From Verrucomicrobiota bacterium (GTDB lineage Bacteria > Verrucomicrobiota > Verrucomicrobiia > Verrucomicrobiales > DEV007), in the NCBI GenBank assembly GCA_045046875.1, contig JASFYY010000127.1, forward strand, positions 1 to 14,397: a DNA stretch of 14,397 nt, written 5' to 3'. The notes beneath the pieces are model-generated. The model searched no databases. It was not told where the DNA came from and saw only the letters and a program-made list of their open reading frames with translations. Positions 7,340-14,397 of this stretch are shown one piece after another. The translations under genes and the position numbers were made by a program. Numbering within the stretch: the first letter of the stretch is position 1; each line of letters opens with the position of its first letter.

Positions 7340-8844
7340 AAAAAAAGGAACTTCAAGATGAGCTTGATCGTTATGTCGAAGGGCGCTTGAGTCAGCAGCA
7401 GATCGATGATTTGGAATTGTATTTGGATCAGGACGCAGAGGCAAAGTCCCGTTTTGTCGAGTATCTGCATTTACACGCGGTGTTGCAGGCAGATGGGGAA
7501 ACTTTGTTGGCTGAGAACAAGTCTTCGGTGATTGAGTTTCCAGCATCCGTGCGCTGGCTGACAGCGATGCGTTATGCGGCGGCGGTGACATTTTTATTGG
7601 GCTGTGTGTGGTTATTGCGCGGCAGTTTTTCCGGTGAGGGCTTGAATCAGGCGGATCGCCTTGTTGCGGTGAAAATAGAGGCGAGTGAAAAAACACCTGA
7701 AGTGAAAGTGGTTGAAGCGCCCAAGGCGGTCACTGTGGCGACCCTGGCAGATACTCGTGAATGCAAGTGGGCGGGCAGTTCTTTGCCAACTGCCGATGGC
7801 GCTCGTTTGGGCGTGGGAAAATTGCATTTGCTGGAAGGTCTGGCCACGGTTGTTTTTGACGGTGGCGCCCAGGTGACGATGGAGGCTCCGGCAGTGATCG
7901 AAGTGGTGTCGGCAGAGAAATGCCGTTTGCTCAGTGGAGGTTTGGTTGGATGGGTGAGAAAGGGAGCTGAGGGTTTTCAAGTCGAAACCGCTGATGCGCT
8001 GGTGACCGACTACGGTACCCGTTTTGGCGTGACCGTGGGAGAATCCGGCCGCTCGGAAGTGGTGGTGCTGGAGGGAGAGGTCGGAGTGACTCACAGTAAG
8101 GTGGAGGGGGAAAAACGCTTGAAGATGGGGGAGGCCGCACGTTATGATGCCGCGTCTTTTTTGCCGGGCAAAAAAAATAGTGCATCCGAAGCTAATCGGA
8201 ATTCGGGTAAGGCCGGGTTATCGGTAAAAAAACAGGGCAGCGGATGGAAAGTCATTTCGACAAGCGAGGGCAAAGGCAAGGATGTTTATGTTAGACAAGG
8301 AGACACTGGCGGTCCTTTTGGTCGCCGTCCCTTGGTGATGGCCAAGCGCAGTCCTGATCGTGAAACCAATCAGCGTAAAATATACCTGGGTTTTGATTTG
8401 AACCGGCTCAAAAGGGCCGGGATCAGTGAGGCGGAGTTGGTGCTGGAAATACGCTCCAGTGGATTGGGTTACGCATCGCTGGTGCCGGATGCCAAATTCA
8501 CGGTTTATGGCTTGACCGATGAAGATCTGGACGGCTGGGATGAACACAATCTGACATGGAACGAGGCTCCTGCCAATGTGATCACCGACGGTTCACGCCT
8601 GGATGAAAACAAGGTCATTGAAGTGGGTCGTTTCGAGATCAAACAAGGTGTTGCCTCGGGCTTCCGTTCGGTAGCAGGGGAGACACTGGGCGAGTTTTTG
8701 AACAATGACAGTAACGGCATGGCTACTTTGATCATTGTGAGAGAAACCGAACAAACAGCCGGCAATGGTCTGGTGCACGCTTTTGCTAGTCGCGAGCATC
8801 CTAGCGCGATGGCACCTACCTTGAGAATCAAGCTGGCGAAGTGA
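7336..8844 (+). CDS. FecR-type transmembrane anti-sigma/sensor with C-terminal DNRLRE (CBM96-like) domain (502 aa)
   Basis: ATGA overlap with the sigma stop codon. N-terminal anti-sigma helix LDRYVEGRLS...RFVEYLHLHAVL and a TM segment YAAAVTFLLGCVWLL. FecR motif GFQVETADALVTDYGTRFGV...VVVLEGEV. C-terminal domain DVYVRQG...RKIYLGFDL...AELVL...WDEHNLTWNEAP...FASRE...PTLRI. Confidence 0.88.
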   Translation: MKKKELQDELDRYVEGRLSQQQIDDLELYLDQDAEAKSRFVEYLHLHAVLQADGETLLAENKSSVIEFPASVRWLTAMRYAAAVTFLLGCVWLLRGSFSGEGLNQADRLVAVKIEASEKTPEVKVVEAPKAVTVATLADTRECKWAGSSLPTADGARLGVGKLHLLEGLATVVFDGGAQVTMEAPAVIEVVSAEKCRLLSGGLVGWVRKGAEGFQVETADALVTDYGTRFGVTVGESGRSEVVVLEGEVGVTHSKVEGEKRLKMGEAARYDAASFLPGKKNSASEANRNSGKAGLSVKKQGSGWKVISTSEGKGKDVYVRQGDTGGPFGRRPLVMAKRSPDRETNQRKIYLGFDLNRLKRAGISEAELVLEIRSSGLGYASLVPDAKFTVYGLTDEDLDGWDEHNLTWNEAPANVITDGSRLDENKVIEVGRFEIKQGVASGFRSVAGETLGEFLNNDSNGMATLIIVRETEQTAGNGLVHAFASREHPSAMAPTLRIKLAK

Positions 8845-8879
8845 GTTTGTGTTTTGTCGACTTCGTTGTCTTAAGTTGC

Positions 8880-10364
8880 TTACTTTTTTGTATTTTTCGT
8901 GGCAAGCCGTGTGACACTCGATGGATCGCCGAGCATCCAAGTTGGGCCGACCTCTTCGGGACGCAGTGGGACTCGTTGTATGGGGGTTTCGCTCCACTCA
9001 TCGCAGCCGACATCGGGCAAAGGATTTCTAGCTTGGCCATCGAAGTCTTTTTTTGTCCCTGGGACTTCAGCATTCACGTCACGGAAGTTCACCGAAGCAA
9101 CGTTAACCGCTGGAGAATCGGGGCCGCTGAGACGGAAAACATCGTTTTTTTTGACCAGTAAAGGATCGATCCAGCTGATTCCTTTAGCTTTCAAACCCGG
9201 CTTGGCGCCACCGCTAGTCCAGACGATATTGCCCCGCCAGGTGCTCACTTGTGAGCCATTGTCTTGAATTCCAATTCCAACATCCCGATTGATAACAATG
9301 AGGTTTTTCAGGAAATCATTAAAGGCAACTTGCAGTTCCCAGTCCGTGCTCCCGCTGTTGAGCCGACCGACATGAATGCCTTGGCCACAGTTGATAATGG
9401 TATTGTGGGCAACCACGCAGTAGTTCACCGGTGCGTAGTGACGGGAGCCGGCCGGCATGTAGATGCCCCGCCCCCTGCAAGCTTCGATGTAATTATTGAC
9501 GATGATATGTTCACTGCCGTGAATTCGGATACCGCCCAGGCCATTGAAGAAAAAATTACCTTCGACTCGCGTCCGGTTTCCGCCACGAAGTGTTAACATG
9601 CCCTCGCAGTTACGGAAGGTGTTGAAGCGGTATATATTGTCAGAAGATTTATTGGAAATGATCTCGGAGTCGCCACTGACCTTATCGAAGAGACAGTGTT
9701 CTAATAGTGTGAACTGCGAGGTCCGGTCGGAAAATCCGCCCTGACCGATTTGCACAGCTTCCTGACCATTGCCTGATTGGCGTTCGATATCTTTGAAATA
9801 ATTATGATCGAAGCGGTTGTGGGTATTTTGATAATCGTCGGGAGCAATGCGCACGCTCACGCCGATCGATAGATTTCCTTGCATATAACAGTGATCGATT
9901 CGGTTATGGCTCGACTTGTGTCCGATCGTGATAATTTTCTGGTAAGTGTGTTTTGGGTCACCGCAATCGAAAAACGCACAATTGGTCAGTTGGCAATGGG
10001 TGGCACCCTTGAATGTCACCACGTTCTCACTCCAAGCCTGATCGAAAACAAAGCCCTCAACGATGATGTGCTCTCCAGAAATCTCTATTCGTGAGTCGCC
10101 GGTCAACCGGGTTTTGCCAGCTGTCTTGGCGCGGAAGGTGATAGGGTGTGCCAATGTGCCTTTACCCTTGATCGTGAGGCGGAAGTCCTGATGAGTTTCA
10201 CCGCTTAGTAAGATGACTTCTCCAGGGGAAGCCGCTGCAATAGCTTTCGACGCGTCTTCGCTGGAATTCACTACAATCGTTCTCCTGGCCGGGGCTGTTT
10301 CAGCGCTTAAAATGGCAGGGCTGGTGAGAAGCAGAAGTAAGCCGCAAACAATAGTGGTTTTCAT
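8880..10364 (-). CDS. Polysaccharide lyase family 6-like (chondroitinase B/alginate lyase fold), secreted parallel beta-helix (494 aa)
   Basis: Signal peptide MKTTIVCGLLLLLTSPAILSA. Motifs ASPGEVILLSG, GTLAHPITFRA, NRIDHCY, NRFDHNYF, NGQEAVQIG and GDSEIISNKSSDNIYRFNTF...LTLRGGN...VEGNFF...GGIRIHG (catalytic Lys and Arg present). Tail DFDGQAR...DVGCDE...VGPTW. Confidence 0.88.
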   Translation of the reverse strand: MKTTIVCGLLLLLTSPAILSAETAPARRTIVVNSSEDASKAIAAASPGEVILLSGETHQDFRLTIKGKGTLAHPITFRAKTAGKTRLTGDSRIEISGEHIIVEGFVFDQAWSENVVTFKGATHCQLTNCAFFDCGDPKHTYQKIITIGHKSSHNRIDHCYMQGNLSIGVSVRIAPDDYQNTHNRFDHNYFKDIERQSGNGQEAVQIGQGGFSDRTSQFTLLEHCLFDKVSGDSEIISNKSSDNIYRFNTFRNCEGMLTLRGGNRTRVEGNFFFNGLGGIRIHGSEHIIVNNYIEACRGRGIYMPAGSRHYAPVNYCVVAHNTIINCGQGIHVGRLNSGSTDWELQVAFNDFLKNLIVINRDVGIGIQDNGSQVSTWRGNIVWTSGGAKPGLKAKGISWIDPLLVKKNDVFRLSGPDSPAVNVASVNFRDVNAEVPGTKKDFDGQARNPLPDVGCDEWSETPIQRVPLRPEEVGPTWMLGDPSSVTRLATKNTKK

Positions 10365-10390
10365 AGGGGGGAGATGTTCACTTTATGGCA

Positions 10391-10416
10391 TGACAAATAC
10401 CCTTGGTGAAATTACG
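10391..10416 (-). promoter_or_regulatory. Possible ECF-type promoter of the PL6 gene
   Basis: The minus strand reads AAAAATTT-CGTAAT-N16-GTCA, ending 26 nt upstream of the ATG. It resembles generic ECF G(T/G)AAC...GTC promoters but differs from the 6667-6765 motif. Confidence 0.25.
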
Positions 10417-10438
10417 AAATTTTTCGAAGGCACTGGGG

Positions 10439-10777
10439 TTATTGGAAAAAAGTAGCCGTCAGGGTCTGCATCCAACGTGCAATGGCGATGACGATCAGAG
10501 CGGCCAATATGGTGGCTAGGCCTCCGCAGCCGAAAAAGGCTTTAGCCCAAACACTGCGTTCTACATTTTTGTATGTTTCGGCTCCTTTTTTGCTGAGCAG
10601 TCCGATGCGCATGTAAAAGGCGTTTTCTTTTTCGATCAGTTTTTCCCAGATCCCCGGAGTGAAGGTCATCAGTAGGTAGAGGGCGATTTTTAATACTCCC
10701 AGTGCGATTAGAATATAACAGAGGGTCAGCAACAACTTATGCAGTAGGTCGGGATTTATGTTGGAGAGCTCTGACAT
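10439..10777 (-). CDS. Hypothetical membrane protein, 2 predicted TM segments (112 aa)
   Basis: Non-overlapping ORF with ATG start. Hydrophobic stretches LLLTLCYILIALGVLKIALYLLM and AFFGCGGLATILAALIVIAIA flank a charged loop. Confidence 0.7.
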   Translation of the reverse strand: MSELSNINPDLLHKLLLTLCYILIALGVLKIALYLLMTFTPGIWEKLIEKENAFYMRIGLLSKKGAETYKNVERSVWAKAFFGCGGLATILAALIVIAIARWMQTLTATFFQ

Positions 10778-10931
10778 GACGGGTTCGACAGCGTGGTTGG
10801 AGGAGGTGTTTTGCTAAGAATAAATATGAAAATTTGTTTTACTTTTTAGGGCGCTTCAAGGTGGGGCTTGTATTATGGGGAAGAAGGATAAGGCTGGAAA
10901 GATTCACAAGATAGCTGAATGTTGGTGATTC

Positions 10932-11387
10932 ATGGAAAATGAGAAACAGAGGTGGCGCGGCTGGGTATTTTGGGCCTTGTGTCTGATTTTGGCGGCGGTG
11001 TTTTTTTATGCGGGCTGGATCAAATTGCAGGATCCGACTTTGTTTGCGATCAAAATCCGTGCGTATGATTTGTTGCCGGATCCCTGGGTGGCGGTGACGG
11101 CTTTGTTGTTGCCCTGGTTGGAAATCGTGTGTTCCATCAGCCTGTTGGTCGGGCGTTTGCGGCGGGGGGCTTTGTTGGGGCTGTTTATGATGCTGCTGGT
11201 GTTTTTATTTGGTATGTTGTCGGCCTGGTCGCGAGGCTTGGATATTGATTGTGGCTGTTTTAGCGAAACGCTGGATCGGGGCTCTTTGTTGACTTCCGTA
11301 TTGATGGATCTTGCGCTGTTGGCGATGGTGATCGTATTGTGGCGGCGAGTATCGTGTTGCGGGGTGCGGGCGGCTACAAAAGCCTAA
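10932..11387 (+). CDS. MauE/DoxX family membrane protein (151 aa)
   Basis: LAAVFFYAGWIKLQDP, LLPWLEIV and the hallmark RGLDIDCGCF; about 4 TM helices. Confidence 0.9.
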   Translation: MENEKQRWRGWVFWALCLILAAVFFYAGWIKLQDPTLFAIKIRAYDLLPDPWVAVTALLLPWLEIVCSISLLVGRLRRGALLGLFMMLLVFLFGMLSAWSRGLDIDCGCFSETLDRGSLLTSVLMDLALLAMVIVLWRRVSCCGVRAATKA

Positions 11388-12019
11388 CGATAGGCCATGA
11401 TGCCTTGAACAATTTCCTCGGCGATAATCTCGCGCAGCCAGGAAGCGTTGCAGCGTTTGTTCTCCCAACGATTGGAGAGAAAACCACATTCGATTAATAC
11501 CGCCGGACCTTTGGTGAGACGCAGCACTTTCAGCCGGGCAGATTTGATGCCCCGGTTTTTGGTTTTGATACGGGTGCCCAGTTCGTGTTGGATTTTGCCC
11601 GCGAGTTTTTTCCCTTTGCTGGAGCCTGGGTAATAAAACGTCTCGATCCCTCTGTAGGAGGTGTTTTTGTGGCCGTTGAAGTGGATGCTGACAAATACAA
11701 AATGGCTGTTGCGGTTGGCGATCGCCGCACGTTTGTCGAGAGCCACATAGGTGTCGGTGCTGCGGGTGAGCACCACCGGAACTCCTTTGCTTTGCAGGAT
11801 ACGGTGCACTCGTTTGGCGAGATCCAGAGTGAGGTTTTTTTCGTAGATGCCATACCAATTGCTGCCTTTGTCATTGCCTCCATGACCGGGGTCGATGACC
11901 ACAGTGGAAAAGTTTTTGGCGATTGCCGGGCGGGGTAGACTGAATAGAACTAATAGGGCCAGAAACAGGCTGACCCGCATGAAAACAAGTCGCTGGCTTG
12001 ATTGAGTGGTGACAGTCAT
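11384..12019 (-). CDS. N-acetylmuramoyl-L-alanine amidase (Amidase_3), single domain with signal peptide
   Basis: Zn-binding and catalytic motifs VVIDPGHGGND, EKNLTL, LTRSTD, FVSIHFN and AVLIECGFLSN. The start is ATG 12019 or ATG 11980 (MRVSLFLALLVLFSLPRPAIA). The ORF-track start at 12055 lies in the predicted -10 box. Confidence 0.93.
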   Translation of the reverse strand: MTVTTQSSQRLVFMRVSLFLALLVLFSLPRPAIAKNFSTVVIDPGHGGNDKGSNWYGIYEKNLTLDLAKRVHRILQSKGVPVVLTRSTDTYVALDKRAAIANRNSHFVFVSIHFNGHKNTSYRGIETFYYPGSSKGKKLAGKIQHELGTRIKTKNRGIKSARLKVLRLTKGPAVLIECGFLSNRWENKRCNASWLREIIAEEIVQGIMAYR

Positions 12020-12053
12020 TCGGATTCGTCGTGCAGAAATTGCAGTGAACTGC

Positions 12054-12083
12054 ATTTTATGGAATTTACAATAAGGTTGGCAA
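12054..12083 (-). promoter_or_regulatory. sigma70-type promoter of the amidase
   Basis: The minus strand reads TTGCCA(12083-12078)-N18-TAAAAT(12059-12054), with an AT-rich upstream tract. Confidence 0.55.
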
Positions 12084-12221
12084 TTACAAAAACAAAAAAT
12101 AAGATTTTTGAGCTATTTTATACATTTGTTGAATAATAGGGGATTTGGAACATGATAGAGGTCCAGGTGGGTGGATTCAGCCCTTTTGGCACAGCACTTT
12201 GAAAAAGAATCATTTTCGTTA

Positions 12222-12249
12222 TTGCCACGCGTGGGAATTTGGATAAAAT
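12222..12249 (+). promoter_or_regulatory. sigma70-type promoter of hppA
   Basis: TTGCCA(12222-12227)-N16-TAAAAT(12244-12249), which implies a 5' leader of about 140 nt. Confidence 0.55.
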
Positions 12250-12282
12250 GATCCGCTTTCACGAGTAAAATTTAGAGACGTC

Positions 12283-12332
12283 GCACGTTCGCTGGCCGGG
12301 AATTCATCCGGTAAGCGGGCGTTGCTTAGTTT
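12283..12332 (+). other. RNA stem-loop in the hppA 5' leader (possible attenuator/cis-regulatory element)
   Basis: GC-ACGUUCGCU-G-GCCGGG-aauuca-UCCGGU-A-AGCGGGCGU-U-GC forms about 17 bp, including 4 G.U pairs that form only on the plus strand. It is followed by UUAGUUU. Confidence 0.5.
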
Positions 12333-12394
12333 CGGGAAGGTGTTTTATCTGTGGAAAGGCAAAAAATTTAATCCTCAATAACTTAAAAATAATC

Positions 12395-14397
12395 ATGACA
12401 TCAACCCTTATTCTCCTCATCCCCATCTTTGGCATTCTTGCTTTAGTCTACACATTCTGGAAGTCCACCTGGGTGGCCAAGCAGGACCCCGGTAATGAAA
12501 AGATGGTGGGAATCTCCCAGCATATCGCCACCGGAGCGATGGCTTTCTTAAAAGCCGAATACAAGGTTCTGGCTATTTTTGTGGTGTGCGTGGCGGTATT
12601 GCTCGCTTTTATGAATCAAGGGGCGGAACGGCTGGTGGCTTTGTCTTTCATTGTTGGTGCATTTTGCTCGGCATTGGCCGGGTACATCGGCATGAAGGTG
12701 GCGACCAAGGCCAATGTGAGAACGACCAATGCGGCGCGAACCAGTCTCGGCAAAGCTCTCGAAGTGGCTTTTGGTGGAGGTTCGGTGATGGGCATGGGCG
12801 TGGTGGGTTTAGGTTTGCTTGGTTTGGGTGGGTTGTTTTTGATCTATAGCAAAACGATTGGCATCGATGATCCCGAAAAATTGAGTTCGGTGATGACGAT
12901 CATCACGGGTTTTTCCTTTGGTGCTTCATCGATTGCGCTGTTTGCGCGTGTGGGTGGTGGTATTTATACTAAAGCTGCTGATGTGGGAGCGGATTTGGTG
13001 GGTAAGGTGGAAGCAGGCATTCCTGAGGATCATCCGCTTAATCCAGCAACGATTGCGGATAACGTGGGTGACAATGTCGGTGATGTGGCTGGCATGGGCG
13101 CGGATTTGTTCGAGTCCTATGTGGGGTCGATCATCGCGACGATGGTCTTGGGTGGGGTGTTTGTGATGTTGCCGGAGTTTTCAGGTTCGATGGACGGGCT
13201 TGGCGCAGTGATACTGCCTTTGTTGTTAGCTGGAGCGGGTATCGTGACATCGATCATCGGCACCTTTTTTGTCAAAGTGAAGAGCGGTGGTAGTCCGCAT
13301 AAAGCGCTCAATACTGGGGAGATTGTCTCGGCGGTGATCCTTTTAATCGCAGCTTTTGTGATCGTCAAACAGGTGCTGCCGGCGGAGTGGGTGATTGATG
13401 AGAAAAAATACACTTCGATGGGAGTTTTTGTGGCGATCTTATTTGGTCTGGGTTCTGGGTTGTTGATCGGAATGATCACGGAGTATTACACAGGAACGGG
13501 AAAAAAGCCGGTGCTGGACATCGTCAAGCAGTCGATGACGGGTTCGGCGACCAACATCATTGCAGGACTTGGAGTGGGGATGATGTCTACGGCGCTGCCG
13601 ATCATTATTTTGGCGGTGACTATTCTGGCGGCACATCATTTTGCAGGTCTTTATGGTATCGCAATCGCTGCGGTGGGCATGCTTTCTAATCTAGGGATTC
13701 AGTTGGCGGTGGATGCTTATGGGCCGATTTCAGACAATGCGGGTGGTATCGCTGAGATGAGCGAATTGCCGAAGGAAGTTCGTCAGCGCACAGATAAGCT
13801 CGACGCGGTTGGCAATACCACGGCGGCGATTGGCAAAGGTTTTGCGATTGGCTCGGCGGCACTGACGGCTTTGGCTTTGTTTGCAGCGTTCAAGACTTCT
13901 TGGGAAGTGGCGAATGATGCTAAGCTTTCGATTGAGATCACTGATCCGAAGGTGGTAGCGATGTTGTTCGTTGGTGGCATGTTGCCTTTCCTGTTTTCGG
14001 CTTTGTCGATGGTGGCTGTGGGGCGTGCGGCGATGGCAATGATTGACGAGGTTCGTCGTCAGTTTCGTGAGATTCCCGAATTGCGTGCGGCTTTGGACGT
14101 GATGAAAAAGAATGAAGACAAGGAAAAAGAAGACTGGTCACAGCAAGATCGCGATATTTTTGATGCCGCAGATGGCAAAGCTGAGTATGGCAAATGTGTG
14201 GAGATTTCGACCAAATCTGCGATTCAGCAAATGATCAAACCCGGCCTGTTGGCAGTGGTAGCTCCGGTGGCGGTGGGATTCATTGGTGGAGCAGAGATGC
14301 TTGGTGGCATGCTTGTCGGTGTGACGGTGACTGGCGTGCTGATGGCGCTGTTTCAGTCTAATGCTGGTGGAGCTTGGGATAATGCCAAGAAAATGAT
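12395..14397 (+). CDS. hppA: Membrane-bound K+-dependent, probably Na+-translocating pyrophosphatase (3'-truncated by window end)
   Basis: The frame from ATG 12395 ([19 protein letters not shown]) contains [91 protein letters not shown] and [18 protein letters not shown] marks the K+-dependent type, and the helix-6 Glu in DLFESY fits Na+-PPases. Confidence 0.97.
   Translation, partial: MTSTLILLIPIFGILALVYTFWKSTWVAKQDPGNEKMVGISQHIATGAMAFLKAEYKVLAIFVVCVAVLLAFMNQGAERLVALSFIVGAFCSALAGYIGMKVATKANVRTTNAARTSLGKALEVAFGGGSVMGMGVVGLGLLGLGGLFLIYSKTIGIDDPEKLSSVMTIITGFSFGASSIALFARVGGGIYTKAADVGADLVGKVEAGIPEDHPLNPATIADNVGDNVGDVAGMGADLFESYVGSIIATMVLGGVFVMLPEFSGSMDGLGAVILPLLLAGAGIVTSIIGTFFVKVKSGGSPHKALNTGEIVSAVILLIAAFVIVKQVLPAEWVIDEKKYTSMGVFVAILFGLGSGLLIGMITEYYTGTGKKPVLDIVKQSMTGSATNIIAGLGVGMMSTALPIIILAVTILAAHHFAGLYGIAIAAVGMLSNLGIQLAVDAYGPISDNAGGIAEMSELPKEVRQRTDKLDAVGNTTAAIGKGFAIGSAALTALALFAAFKTSWEVANDAKLSIEITDPKVVAMLFVGGMLPFLFSALSMVAVGRAAMAMIDEVRRQFREIPELRAALDVMKKNEDKEKEDWSQQDRDIFDAADGKAEYGKCVEISTKSAIQQMIKPGLLAVVAPVAVGFIGGAEMLGGMLVGVTVTGVLMALFQSNAGGAWDNAKKM

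Noticed and set aside
10365..10438. Third copy of the TGTCC...GCCT..TTCT motif upstream of PL6 (also sought upstream of the oxidoreductase)
   Set aside because: Not found, so direct control of these genes by the local sigma is unsupported.
11205..11858. 217-aa minus-strand ORF
   Set aside because: It is an alternative frame overlapping both the amidase and MauE genes and has a non-protein-like composition.
12248..12268. Mini-ORF MIRFHE as a leader peptide for hppA
   Set aside because: Its ATG overlaps the predicted -10 box, so it would not be transcribed from that promoter.
12586..14141. Several short ORFs listed in the track
   Set aside because: All lie inside hppA, which the track missed because its stop codon is beyond the window.
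1..14397. CRISPR array, tRNA/rRNA, transposase, integrase, prophage or defence genes
   Set aside because: No spaced direct repeats, RNA-gene signatures or relevant protein motifs were seen.

Overview
This bacterial window most likely comes from a PVC-superphylum organism, probably Verrucomicrobiota. That assignment is inferred from the DUF1501 + DUF1549/DUF1553 pair, the PVC-type ECF sigma/FecR pair and the scarcity of Shine-Dalgarno sequences. Gene order: REP-like hairpin cluster; Gfo/Idh/MocA oxidoreductase (-); 63-aa Tat/lipobox peptide with an Arg-rich tail (+); DUF1501 (-); DUF1549/DUF1553 protein with an inserted LamG-like domain (-); divergent ECF sigma (+) and FecR-type anti-sigma with a DNRLRE/CBM96-like C-terminal domain (+); PL6-like polysaccharide lyase (-); 2-TM hypothetical protein (-); MauE/DoxX protein (+); Amidase_3 (-); and a K+-dependent, probably Na+-pumping membrane pyrophosphatase hppA (+). 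hppA runs off the window end and is absent from the ORF track. The strongest new signal is two back-to-back copies of the bipartite motif TGTCCAAAAAAG-N10-GCCT-N2-TTCT in the 183-bp divergent gap. One faces the sigma gene and one faces the DUF1549/DUF1501 operon, suggesting a glycan-sensing ECF circuit that controls this uncharacterised pair. Family calls come from motif recognition by eye, not database searches.
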